A stretch of 32,000 nucleotides of DNA. Origin: an uncultured Bacilli bacterium (GTDB lineage Bacteria; Bacillota_I; Bacilli_A; RF39; UBA660). The notes beneath the pieces were generated by a model. It was not told where the DNA came from. It did no database searches and worked only from the letters and a program-made list of their open reading frames with translations. How positions within the stretch are numbered: the stretch's first letter is position 1; the number at the start of each line of letters is the position of its first letter. Of this stretch, positions 1-8,878 are shown piece after piece. Both the position numbers and the translations under genes were made by a program. Location: contig CAKOHW010000001.1 in the NCBI GenBank assembly GCA_934086185.1, positions 75,966 to 107,965 of the forward strand. The letters are read 5' to 3'.

Positions 1-1003
1 CTTGTTTTTCTACTTCAGCTGTTTTATAAAATTCATTTACATTTTTTATAAAATCATTAATATTATGATTTTCTTCATATACGTATTCATTTATTAGTTT
101 GTTTAATTTTGCATTAATATCTTTATATTGTAGTATATTTTCTTTTGTATCATCTATTGCATTTGAATCTATAAAATATGAAAGTGTAAACTCATCTTTT
201 GTATCTTTACTACTATTTGTTATATTTTCATAATCTACAGTTTTGGGATCTCTATATTCAAAATTATCTAGGTTTTCCCATAATGTAAATGCTTTTTTAA
301 AGTTAGGTTCTCTTAGTATCATATTAGTTTTTCTAATAGGATTACGTACTGGTGTACATCCTATTAAACTTTTTATCATTTCTGTATTTTTAAAACCAGA
401 TACTTGTTCATAACATGTTAATATTCTTTCTTTGTAGTTCATACCTTTTTCTGATATTTCATATTCGTTTTCTTCATTCATTTTAAGTTCTATATTTAAT
501 TTTCTATTATCTATTTGTGTTGTTCCTTTATAATTAACTGTTCTTTTTATTTCTTTTTTTGATACTAAATCTATATTTTCAAGTTGCCTTTGCATAAAGT
601 CTTCTAATCTTTTTACTAATGTATATATAAATCTATTTTCATATAAATCTGTAGTATCTTCTTTGTGTACATTTAGTAATTTGTTAGGTCTAACTTCTCC
701 ATTTTCATCAATATCTTGTATATTTTCACTATGTTGTGATAGATGTTTTACAGATTCTTGATTAACACTTTTAATTTTTTCTATTATCATTACATCTTCT
801 TCTTGTATGATAAATCTTCTAGGATTTCTTACTATTTTATCTAAGTTAGGAATAGTATCTTCTAGAACCTCTAACCATGTATAATCTACTTTTGTTTCTT
901 TTATTTCTGATACTGCAGTAAAAGATGCATCCGTCTTTGATAGGAATACATCTAACTCATTTGTATCTAAATTATTCATTACATCTGATATATTTTTTAA
1001 CAT
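1..1003 (-). CDS. DUF2357/McrC-like protein, N-terminal ~334 aa (3' end runs off the window)
   Basis: Absent from the ORF track because it is truncated. My minus-strand translation from ATG 1003-1001 reads MLKNISDVMNNLDTNELDVF...RNPRRFIIQEEDVMIIEKIKSVNQESVKHL...TTDLYENRFIYTLVKRLEDFMQRQL... and stays open to base 1. The RRF..E(E/D)...ES..HL plus D.YENRF block matches my recollection of DUF2357 N-terminal regions of McrC-type partners. It starts 7 nt downstream of the McrB-like gene. Confidence 0.45.
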   Translation of the reverse strand, partial: MLKNISDVMNNLDTNELDVFLSKTDASFTAVSEIKETKVDYTWLEVLEDTIPNLDKIVRNPRRFIIQEEDVMIIEKIKSVNQESVKHLSQHSENIQDIDENGEVRPNKLLNVHKEDTTDLYENRFIYTLVKRLEDFMQRQLENIDLVSKKEIKRTVNYKGTTQIDNRKLNIELKMNEENEYEISEKGMNYKERILTCYEQVSGFKNTEMIKSLIGCTPVRNPIRKTNMILREPNFKKAFTLWENLDNFEYRDPKTVDYENITNSSKDTKDEFTLSYFIDSNAIDDTKENILQYKDINAKLNKLINEYVYEENHNINDFIKNVNEFYKTAEVEKQ

Positions 1004-1010
1004 AATTCAC

Positions 1011-2507
1011 CTATATAGATTTCTTTAATCTAATTATAAATTCTTTACATAGTTTCATATTATCATTACCAAAGTTAACGTTCAAATAATTTATAAATTC
1101 ATCTAATTCATTTTTTATAAATGCTAAATTTAATTGTTCGAACTTTCTTAATATTTTACTTGATATTAAGTAATCAATGGCATCTACTTCAGTACCACCA
1201 CAAGCGATAAATGATGGAACAAACTCTTCTATTTGTCTCATGATACGGTTACCAAAAGATATTCTAAAATGTTCTATTATATATTGATCCAATTCTTCAA
1301 GTTTATTTCTCATTTCACTAGTTAATGGATACTTTTCTTTTGCTTCATCAAATAATTTTTCGAAATGTTCATCTCTAATATTTATTGGATCTGTTTTTTC
1401 AATATCGAATTTTGCACATTTTTCATTAATATCTATTGGCATAGCACGGTCATAAACCTTATCAGTTACCATAAATGTTGAATCATCGTTATTTATTGTT
1501 CCTATATACCACATGTTACCAGGTAATGTAAAATTACCTCCTACAATCTTCTTAGGATCACTTTCCCAAGGAGTTGCAACTAAGTTTACTTTCCATTCGC
1601 TCTTACTTGGCATTTCCATAATAGATAACATTTCAGCAAAGTAATATTCTACACGTGCTATATTCATTTCATCTAGTATTGTTATATATATTTTTTCATT
1701 ATATGTTGCTTCATACATCTTACTTAATAATTCTGTTTCATTAAATCTTTTTGTAAATTCGTTGAAATATCCAAATAACTCTGTTCTATCTCTCCATGAT
1801 GGTTGTACAGATGCTATTATTGAATCATTATTTAAGAATTTACCAAAAGCATATGCAAGTGATGTTTTACCTGTACCAGAAATACCTTGTAAGATTAATA
1901 TTCTTGATGCTCCAAATGCTGAGATAAATAATCTTATTAATTCTGGTGTATAGTAAAGTCCTAATTGACTAGCTGAATATGCTCTAAATTTTTCACATAT
2001 ATCTTTTAGAGTTAATGAATCATCATATTTTGTAGTATCTTTAAATCCTTCATATTTTTGATCAATTTTAGTAAGTTTAAAGAATCTACTTTCACCTTCA
2101 CCAATTTTATTTACTGGATTTCCATCTTCATCTAGTTCTACTTCTTCTTCAGCCATTGCAATTAATTTATCATTTTCTTGTTTTAATTTTATCATGTCAT
2201 AATTTAATTTTTCTACTTCTTCAAGTAAGGCATCTTGCTCATGACCTTTTTTTATTATTCTAATTATTCTTTTAATTACATAGTATATTACAAATGCAAA
2301 TAAACATATTAATAATAACAAGCATATTATTGCAATTATAATAAATACAATATTAACACTACTTTTATATTTATTAACAGTATCTATATAATCTAAAACA
2401 TTAAACATTTTAAATAAACCTTTAAAGAATTCTTTAAATATTGATAATAACCCCTCAAAGAATGGTGTTAAAAAATCCATAAAAAACTTTCCATAATTAT
2501 TACTCAT
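1011..2507 (-). CDS. McrB-family AAA+ NTPase with N-terminal transmembrane anchor and coiled coil
   Basis: Walker A ILILQGISGTGKTSLAYAFG. Walker B/McrB-type block YITILDEMNIARVEYYFAEMLSIME. NMWYIGTINNDDSTFMVTDKVYDRAM resembles the GTMN..D.S...D.AL.RR motif. The N-terminus has the hydrophobic helix VNIVFIIIAIICLLLLICLFAFVIYYVI followed by a basic stretch and a coiled coil (LEEVEKLNYDMIKLKQENDKLIAMAEEE). A strong SD (aggaggt) precedes the ATG. Confidence 0.65.
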   Translation of the reverse strand: MSNNYGKFFMDFLTPFFEGLLSIFKEFFKGLFKMFNVLDYIDTVNKYKSSVNIVFIIIAIICLLLLICLFAFVIYYVIKRIIRIIKKGHEQDALLEEVEKLNYDMIKLKQENDKLIAMAEEEVELDEDGNPVNKIGEGESRFFKLTKIDQKYEGFKDTTKYDDSLTLKDICEKFRAYSASQLGLYYTPELIRLFISAFGASRILILQGISGTGKTSLAYAFGKFLNNDSIIASVQPSWRDRTELFGYFNEFTKRFNETELLSKMYEATYNEKIYITILDEMNIARVEYYFAEMLSIMEMPSKSEWKVNLVATPWESDPKKIVGGNFTLPGNMWYIGTINNDDSTFMVTDKVYDRAMPIDINEKCAKFDIEKTDPINIRDEHFEKLFDEAKEKYPLTSEMRNKLEELDQYIIEHFRISFGNRIMRQIEEFVPSFIACGGTEVDAIDYLISSKILRKFEQLNLAFIKNELDEFINYLNVNFGNDNMKLCKEFIIRLKKSI

Positions 2508-2517
2508 ATTATACCTC

Positions 2518-3699
2518 CTATTTTATCCCCAATAATTTTTTTTCTGATATTTTACTACTCATATCTTTTATAATAAAATTCATAGACATATCTTTCCAAA
2601 CTTCCATATATTTTTCATTAACACTTAAGAAATCTTCTGGAACTACTACATTTTTCATATCCATAAACATATTATAGTTATTTGATTCAAATGTATTTTT
2701 TATATCAATATATAAATCTATATTATTAGATTTATTAAAGTTAACAAAATCATAATCTCCTCTAATTTCTTCAAAATCTACTATAAATTTTATTTTCGAT
2801 AATACTTTTTCATTTTTATTATTAAGTAATTCTAATATTTGTTCATTTGTAAAATTATCTCTTCTTATTGGAAATAATATATTATAATCTATTCCCTTTT
2901 CTAATAATTTAAATGCTGTATAGTAACAATAATCAAATGATATACTAGAGAATCTTCTATACATATCTAGTTTATTAATAACTATTTTAATATCTTTGCC
3001 ATCATAATTATCTAATTCATCTATATCGTATTCATATAATACTTTTAAATATTTATCATTTTTATTTATCTTTATATAAGAATTATGAGATTCAGTAGTC
3101 ATCATATTATTTATGATATCATTAAATTCATTATTTTTTAAAATTATATCTTTTAATTTATTTATTAAAGTTACTAGGTCTTTTTCTTTTTTAAATCTTA
3201 TTTTTTGAAAATTATCTATAACATTATTAATAACTTTTTCTATTTTCTTTGGAGTATCTATATTAGTATACTTATTATTATAAAGTATAATTGATAAATA
3301 TATTAATATTGTTAAATATAGTATTGAACTTTCTTTTTCTTTTATAATACTCTCGTTATTCTTTGAAATATAATAATCTATAATAGACATTAATATACAC
3401 GAAAGTTTTCTATTTATTTTATTATTAAATGTTATATATTCTTTTATTTTATTAAAATCACCAGTATATAAATAATATTTATCATAATATATGTTTATAA
3501 TATTTTTTACTAAATCTGTTAATTCTTCATTTGAGGCCCACAAATTTTGGTCTTGAAATTCTATATTTTTTTCTAATATACTAGAAATATTACATATACT
3601 TTTTTTAGAATATTCAATATATTCACTAATATTATCTTTCATTTTAAGCCTCTTTTCTATTCTACTTAAGATTATATCAAATAATATTTTAGATATCAA
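2518..3699 (-). CDS. hypothetical protein, first gene of the McrB-like operon
   Basis: Long minus-strand ORF with no motif I recognise. The track start at 3699 is a TTG. The in-frame ATG at 3642 (MKDNISEY) has an agagg SD 6 nt upstream and is the more likely start. The stop lies inside the SD region of the downstream McrB-like gene, suggesting an operon. Confidence 0.5.
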   Translation of the reverse strand: MISKILFDIILSRIEKRLKMKDNISEYIEYSKKSICNISSILEKNIEFQDQNLWASNEELTDLVKNIINIYYDKYYLYTGDFNKIKEYITFNNKINRKLSCILMSIIDYYISKNNESIIKEKESSILYLTILIYLSIILYNNKYTNIDTPKKIEKVINNVIDNFQKIRFKKEKDLVTLINKLKDIILKNNEFNDIINNMMTTESHNSYIKINKNDKYLKVLYEYDIDELDNYDGKDIKIVINKLDMYRRFSSISFDYCYYTAFKLLEKGIDYNILFPIRRDNFTNEQILELLNNKNEKVLSKIKFIVDFEEIRGDYDFVNFNKSNNIDLYIDIKNTFESNNYNMFMDMKNVVVPEDFLSVNEKYMEVWKDMSMNFIIKDMSSKISEKKLLGIK

Positions 3700-3766
3700 T
3701 TAGAAAAATGCATAAATACATATTTTATTGAAAGTAAAATAAAACATTTGATAAATAAATCAAATG

Positions 3767-4504
3767 TTAACATATTTCTTTAATGCTATTTAAGAATTTT
3801 TTACTGTTTAAATATAATCCTGTATATCTATCATAATATATGTTTATAAATAAATTTATATTATTTATTACTTTTTCACTTATTTTTAATTCACTTATAC
3901 TACTTATATCTATTAAATAGTATAACCTTAACATTTTTAATGTCTTTTCATCATATATGTATTCGTTAGTGTAACAATTTTTACAAATATAACCACCTAT
4001 ATCTCCATCTATTGTTACTATATCTTTTTTGTTACCACATTTAGAACAACTTTCAAAATTAACTCCTACTCCTAAATAGTCTAATACTTTTAATTCATAT
4101 ATATTTGTTAATACTAGTGGATTTAAGTTATCATTAAGTTTAAGTATAGTATTAATAAATAATTCATATAATTTTTCATAATCATTTGTTTGTTTTGCTA
4201 CTTGGTTAGTTAGTTCTACTATGTAACTTAAATAACTTATTGCTTCTAAACTTGTTTTAATATTATTTAAATCATTTATAACACTAGCTTCTTTAATATA
4301 ATGAAGATTGTTATTATTTTTTTTATTTATTATAAATTTACCATATGTAAATTTTGTAGTATTAACTCTTAGATTACTTTTTAAAGATTTAGCACCTTTA
4401 GCGATACATCCTATAATACCATCTTTTGTAAATATATTAATTATTTTAGATGTATCTCCGTAATCTACTACATTAAATATAAATCCTTCTATACTGTCTA
4501 ACAT
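3767..4504 (-). CDS. recO: DNA repair protein RecO
   Basis: N-terminal OB-fold pattern (EGFIFNVVDYGDTSKIINIFTKDGIIGCIAKGAKS). C-terminal zinc motif CSKCGN...YICKNCY. Conserved position after era-yqzL. Confidence 0.85.
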   Translation of the reverse strand: MLDSIEGFIFNVVDYGDTSKIINIFTKDGIIGCIAKGAKSLKSNLRVNTTKFTYGKFIINKKNNNNLHYIKEASVINDLNNIKTSLEAISYLSYIVELTNQVAKQTNDYEKLYELFINTILKLNDNLNPLVLTNIYELKVLDYLGVGVNFESCSKCGNKKDIVTIDGDIGGYICKNCYTNEYIYDEKTLKMLRLYYLIDISSISELKISEKVINNINLFINIYYDRYTGLYLNSKKFLNSIKEIC

Positions 4505-4508
4505 TTTA

Positions 4509-4586
4509 TCACTTCTTTTTATATTCTAAATAATATTCTATTTTTCCAGTTTTTTTAAATAATTCCCATAATTCACGTTTTTCCAT
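4509..4586 (-). CDS. yqzL: YqzL-like small protein (25 aa)
   Basis: Below the ORF-track size cutoff. My translation is MEKRELWELFKKTGKIEYYLEYKKK*. The W.LF..TG.I..YL.YK pattern and the position between era and recO match the Bacillus yqzL arrangement as I recall it. An aaggg SD lies ~9 nt upstream. The stop is 5 nt before the recO ATG. Confidence 0.55.
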   Translation of the reverse strand: MEKRELWELFKKTGKIEYYLEYKKK

Positions 4587-4632
4587 AATAATTAACCCTT
4601 TCTAATTAAGTATTGGTTAATATATGAAAAAA

Positions 4633-5430
4633 TTATTCACTATTTTTTAAATTTTGTTTTACTATTTCAAATAGATAGTATATATATGGCATTTTATATT
4701 TGTTCATGTAATTGATAATACTTTCTATTTCATTTTTTTTCATTTCTTTATTATTCTTTTTAATTACATTAATAAATTCATTTAATTTTAATTTATTATC
4801 ATACATATGATATTTTTCTAAATAAATGTTTACATTGTCTATTATAAAGTTAGAAAATATTTCATTATTATTTTTTAAATAATATATTAGTAAATTACTA
4901 TCCCATCCTAATACTTGGTAGTATTCATATATATCAAATGGTTTATCATTTACTAAGTCATCACTTATTTTATCTACTACTTCTTTTACCTTATCTAAAT
5001 TTTCTTTATTAAATGTATTTTCTCTTTTTAAGAATTTTCTAAGAGTTGTTTTTTCTTCTTTTGATAAATAATAATGTTCAGTATTGTTTATAAATTTTAT
5101 AAAATTATTATAGTCAATATTATTTGTTTCTATATATTCTTTTATATTATGTTTATCTTCTTTTATGTAATTATTTATTATATTTAGTAGAATTTCTGCT
5201 TCTTTTCTTTTATTAATTTTTTTGTTTTCAGTTTTATTTTTGAATTTTAAGTTATATTCTAAATATAATTTATTAATTTTTTTACTATCTTTTAATTCAT
5301 TTAAATAATCATTAACTATTTCTTTATATTCATTTAAAGTAATATTTTCTTTTTTTATAAATTCTTCTAATTTTTTTAATTCTCCGTTAGATTCGATATA
5401 AAATTTTAAATACTCTTCTTTTTTACTCAT
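4633..5430 (-). CDS. hypothetical Lys/Asn/Glu-rich protein
   Basis: 265-aa ORF. Its ATG overlaps the era stop by 8 nt (gATGAGTAAaa), which suggests translational coupling. No recognisable motif and low-complexity composition. Confidence 0.45.
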   Translation of the reverse strand: MSKKEEYLKFYIESNGELKKLEEFIKKENITLNEYKEIVNDYLNELKDSKKINKLYLEYNLKFKNKTENKKINKRKEAEILLNIINNYIKEDKHNIKEYIETNNIDYNNFIKFINNTEHYYLSKEEKTTLRKFLKRENTFNKENLDKVKEVVDKISDDLVNDKPFDIYEYYQVLGWDSNLLIYYLKNNNEIFSNFIIDNVNIYLEKYHMYDNKLKLNEFINVIKKNNKEMKKNEIESIINYMNKYKMPYIYYLFEIVKQNLKNSE

Positions 5431-6304
5431 CTATAATACCAAATTCTTTTAAATATCTTTCTTTATCTCGCCAATTTTCAATTGTTTTAACATATAATTC
5501 TAAATAAACTTGTTTTCCTAATCTATTTTCTATATCTACTCTAGCACGAGAACCTATTTCTTTTAACATACTACCATGTTTACCGATTATTATTTTTTTA
5601 AGTGATGCTCTACTTACAATTATATCTACACTAATATTAACTATATTAGTTTTTTCTTGATATGATGTTGTAACACATGTTACTGAGTGTGGTACTTCAT
5701 CATTTGTTAGAGATAGTATTTTTTCTCTTACGAATTCGCTTGCTAAAAAATATTTACTAGCATTTGTTATTATTCCGTCATCGTAATATTTAACATTATC
5801 ATTTAAATATGTTTTTAATACTTTTATTAATCTATCTACATTATCATTTTTTAATGCTGATATTGGTATTATTTCTGCAAAGTCATATAAATCTTTATAT
5901 GTATTTATTGAAGACATTATTTGTTCATCGTTCATTTTATCAATTTTGTTTAAGATTAATATTACTGGAACTTCAATATTTTTTAATGCATTTATAATAA
6001 ATTTATCTCCTTTACCAAAGCCACTTGATGCATCTACTAAAAATAAAATAACATCTATATCATCTAAAGAGTTGTAAGCTTCTTTATTTAATTCTTTTCC
6101 TAGTTTATCTACTGGTTTATGTATTCCTGGGGTATCTACAAATACTATTTGAGTATCTTTATCGTTATATACTCCATGTATGGAATTTCTTGTTGTACCA
6201 GCAACATCACTAACTATTGCAATTTTATTATTTACTAATGTGTTTAATAATGTACTTTTACCAGTATTCGGTCTACCAATGATACTTACGAATCCACTTT
6301 TCAT
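5423..6304 (-). CDS. era: GTPase Era
   Basis: MKSGFVSIIGRPNTGKSTLLN (G1), DTPG (G3), NKID (G4), and a C-terminal KH domain (IIIGKHGSMLKEIG). The track ORF extends to 6349, but the ATG at 6304 has a ggag SD 8 nt upstream and gives the canonical Era N-terminus. Confidence 0.93.
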   Translation of the reverse strand: MKSGFVSIIGRPNTGKSTLLNTLVNNKIAIVSDVAGTTRNSIHGVYNDKDTQIVFVDTPGIHKPVDKLGKELNKEAYNSLDDIDVILFLVDASSGFGKGDKFIINALKNIEVPVILILNKIDKMNDEQIMSSINTYKDLYDFAEIIPISALKNDNVDRLIKVLKTYLNDNVKYYDDGIITNASKYFLASEFVREKILSLTNDEVPHSVTCVTTSYQEKTNIVNISVDIIVSRASLKKIIIGKHGSMLKEIGSRARVDIENRLGKQVYLELYVKTIENWRDKERYLKEFGIIDE

Positions 6305-6424
6305 TTTTCTCACTCCTCTAAGTTTCTTAAGAACAATATTATTATACATTATTTTTTCGTAATTTGGTATAAGTAATACTATAAATCTTAAAAATGTTAT
6401 ATGTATTTATAGTTAGAAAATGAA

Positions 6425-6444
6425 AACGTACAATCTTGTACGTT
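6425..6444 (-). terminator. intrinsic terminator-like hairpin after the cdd paralog
   Basis: aacgtaca-atct-tgtacgtt forms an 8-bp stem. On the minus strand it is followed by ttcattttc. It lies 14 nt past the stop at 6458. Confidence 0.5.
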
Positions 6445-6457
6445 AATTATGTTTTTT

Positions 6458-6826
6458 TTAATATATATTATTATATAAATTTCCTACTTTTAATACTCTA
6501 TTTTCTTCATTAAGAGTATATAGTATTACACTTTTTTCTGGTTCAAAAAATTCTGTTATTACTCTTTCATTTAAATATTTTAAGTCACTTATGTTATTTG
6601 TTCCAACCATTATATATATTTTTTCAAAGTCACCTTTTTTATAACCTTCAGTTATAGCACTTGCTATTGCGATTTGTTCTGCATAAATTCCATCTCTATA
6701 AGTTGCGTTTTTTACAGTAACACCTTTAAAGTATGTTCCATCTTTCATTAAAACAATAGATGCAAAGCATGTTTTTTCATATGGTGAATAAGAATTACTT
6801 AATAAATTTTTTAATTCACTAATCAT
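6458..6826 (-). CDS. cytidine deaminase-fold paralog lacking zinc ligands (probably non-catalytic)
   Basis: Collinear with the adjacent cdd (YSPYEKTCFASIVLMKDGTYFKGVTVKNATYRDGIYAEQIAIASAITEGY). It has YAE in place of CAE and no PC..C motif. The likely start is ATG 6826 (MISELK) with a GGAGGAGGA SD inside the last codons of cdd. The 5' extension in the ORF track is an artefact. Confidence 0.6.
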   Translation of the reverse strand: MISELKNLLSNSYSPYEKTCFASIVLMKDGTYFKGVTVKNATYRDGIYAEQIAIASAITEGYKKGDFEKIYIMVGTNNISDLKYLNERVITEFFEPEKSVILYTLNEENRVLKVGNLYNNIY

Positions 6827-7208
6827 GTAAATCCTCCTCCCCAAATACATGTGGACAAAGTTCACTTAAAATAAATTCTTTTTTATTTCCAGATACATCA
6901 TATGAAATTAATTTTTTATCTAATTCAAAAAATTCTACTATTTGTTGTCTACATAAAAAGCATGGTGTAATTATATGATTAGCTTTACTCATTATATAAA
7001 TACTATCAAAGTCATATTTTGTATACCCGTTTGATATAGCTCTTCCTATCGCTACTTCTTCCGCACACATACCATCTTTAAATGATGGATTTTCTACATT
7101 AACTCCTTTAAAATATGTTCCGTCTTTCATTTTTACTATGCATGCTACTTTGAAATTACTGTAAGGTGTATATGCATTATCAATTATTTTTTTTAATTCT
7201 TCAAACAT
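6819..7208 (-). CDS. cdd: cytidine deaminase
   Basis: CAEEVAIGRAI (C/H-A-E zinc/catalytic motif) and PCFLCRQQIVEF (PC..C). The small homotetramer-type size fits. The ATG at 7208 (MFEELKK) has a gggg SD 7 nt upstream, whereas the track start at 7226 is a TTG. Confidence 0.85.
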   Translation of the reverse strand: MFEELKKIIDNAYTPYSNFKVACIVKMKDGTYFKGVNVENPSFKDGMCAEEVAIGRAISNGYTKYDFDSIYIMSKANHIITPCFLCRQQIVEFFELDKKLISYDVSGNKKEFILSELCPHVFGEEDLHD

Positions 7209-7222
7209 TATTTTTCCCCTTT

Positions 7223-7699
7223 TCAATTATTTAAATCTCTTTTTAATTTTTTACAGGTAATACTTATATCTCTTAAATTATCTTCGGTCTTTAAATTGGC
7301 CTTTGAATATTCTTGAATAGATTTTATATTTTTTAAAGTATTACCAAATTTATCTTTCATCCATTTTTGCGATGGCATTAGCCATACATGAAAGTGATAA
7401 TCACTTTTTTCTTCTTGTACTATATTGTAATTTTCACATATTCCATAACTTTTTAATAGTTTTAAAACTTTTGAAATTAATTTTATTAGTTTTAGTTGTT
7501 CTATTTCAGTTAAATCATTTATAGAAGAAATGTGCTTATTTGCTGAAATTATAATAAAGCCATTTATTGGTAATTCGAAATCTTGTGCTACATTAAATGT
7601 TTCATCTTTATATAAAATATTTATATTATTTTTTTCTAAGAAACAACCTAAACATCCATTTATTTCATAGTCTTTCCCATCATAACTAGTTATATTCAT
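7223..7699 (-). CDS. HIT-family (histidine triad-like) protein
   Basis: N-terminal C..C (GCLGCF) and a C-terminal triad-like YHFHVWLMP. The third His of the H.H.H motif is replaced by Trp. The start overlaps the ybeY stop by 4 nt (7696-7699). Confidence 0.65.
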   Translation of the reverse strand: MNITSYDGKDYEINGCLGCFLEKNNINILYKDETFNVAQDFELPINGFIIISANKHISSINDLTEIEQLKLIKLISKVLKLLKSYGICENYNIVQEEKSDYHFHVWLMPSQKWMKDKFGNTLKNIKSIQEYSKANLKTEDNLRDISITCKKLKRDLNN

Positions 7700-8139
7700 G
7701 ATAATATTCCTAACTCATTTAATATTTCTTTTTGTAAGCCAAACATCTCTTCTTCTTCTTTTTTTCCTAATGTATGATCATAACCAAGTAAATGTAATAT
7801 TCCATGTATAGTTAAAAAAGATAATTCTCTTTTTTCACTATGATTGTAGTCTTTAGATTGACTTATCATTTTTGGTATTGATATAAATATATCACCAAGT
7901 GAATTAATTACTGCATCTATATGTTTATTATCATTTAGAGCAAACGATAATACATCTGTAGTTCTATCTATTCCTCTATATTCTTTATTTAATTTATGCA
8001 TTTCTTCATCATCAATAAAAATAATATCAAATACACTATTATTTACATTCATCTTTTTTAATGTATAATCTATTACTTCGTTTAAATAATCATAATCTTT
8101 ATAACCATAGTTATCTATAATATCATATTCGTTATTCAT
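7696..8139 (-). CDS. ybeY: rRNA maturation endoribonuclease YbeY
   Basis: Signature HGILHLLGYDH zinc motif, ~147 aa, conserved neighbourhood with cdd/era. Confidence 0.9.
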   Translation of the reverse strand: MNNEYDIIDNYGYKDYDYLNEVIDYTLKKMNVNNSVFDIIFIDDEEMHKLNKEYRGIDRTTDVLSFALNDNKHIDAVINSLGDIFISIPKMISQSKDYNHSEKRELSFLTIHGILHLLGYDHTLGKKEEEEMFGLQKEILNELGILS

Positions 8140-8753
8140 AAAACCTCCAATATCCCATAATGTTCAAGTACTATAAATATTCCTAAAAGTATTATAATAA
8201 TCCAAATTATATTGAATATCCAATCTTTTTTTAAACATGGTGGTAATTTTTCTTTTATAATATCTAGTACTCTATAAGTTAAATATCCTAATGTACCACC
8301 TATTACATTTAAAATTATGTCATCTATATCAAAACTTCTACCTATAAACATTTGAATACATTCTATACTAGTTGAAGTAATAATTGTAATTAATATATTT
8401 AAAAGTATACTTTTATTTTTTAGAATAGTATTTATAAAGTAACCAAATGGAACAAATAATAGTACATTACCTATTACATTTTTATAAAATAATGGACTAG
8501 ATAAATTATATCTACTTATTTCTTTAAAAGGGATAAAGTTATTTGAAAATGATTCAAAGTCTGTACTTGTAACAAGTTCAAATAATAAAAACATATAAAG
8601 TACAAAGGCTAATGTAAATAAGTCTTTGTATAAAGTAAATTTTTTCTTATTAATTATTACATCTATTATTCTAATGGTACAAACTACTATTATAAATAAA
8701 AGTAGCATTGGCCAAATATCATTTAATACTACATTAACTTCAGTTGGTATCAT
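8136..8753 (-). CDS. VanZ-like membrane protein
   Basis: Multi-pass membrane protein containing NVLLFVPFGYF and DIDDIILNVIGGTLGY, both typical of VanZ-like family members as I recall them. Confidence 0.6.
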   Translation of the reverse strand: MIPTEVNVVLNDIWPMLLLFIIVVCTIRIIDVIINKKKFTLYKDLFTLAFVLYMFLLFELVTSTDFESFSNNFIPFKEISRYNLSSPLFYKNVIGNVLLFVPFGYFINTILKNKSILLNILITIITSTSIECIQMFIGRSFDIDDIILNVIGGTLGYLTYRVLDIIKEKLPPCLKKDWIFNIIWIIIILLGIFIVLEHYGILEVL

Positions 8754-8878
8754 AGTTTGCCTCCATATCTCATATATATTGTACTATTATTTAGTATTTT
8801 TTTAAAGTACTTTATTTTATCATTATAAAATAAAAATGCACAATATGAAGTAAATATTATGCATTTTTATAATAAGTA

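Noticed and set aside
6819-6865. The 47-nt overlap of the two cdd ORFs in the track as a possible programmed frameshift or fusion.
   Set aside because: The overlap comes from extending the downstream ORF to the most upstream in-frame start. A strong GGAGG SD and the ATG at 6826 give a normal 8-nt coupled overlap.
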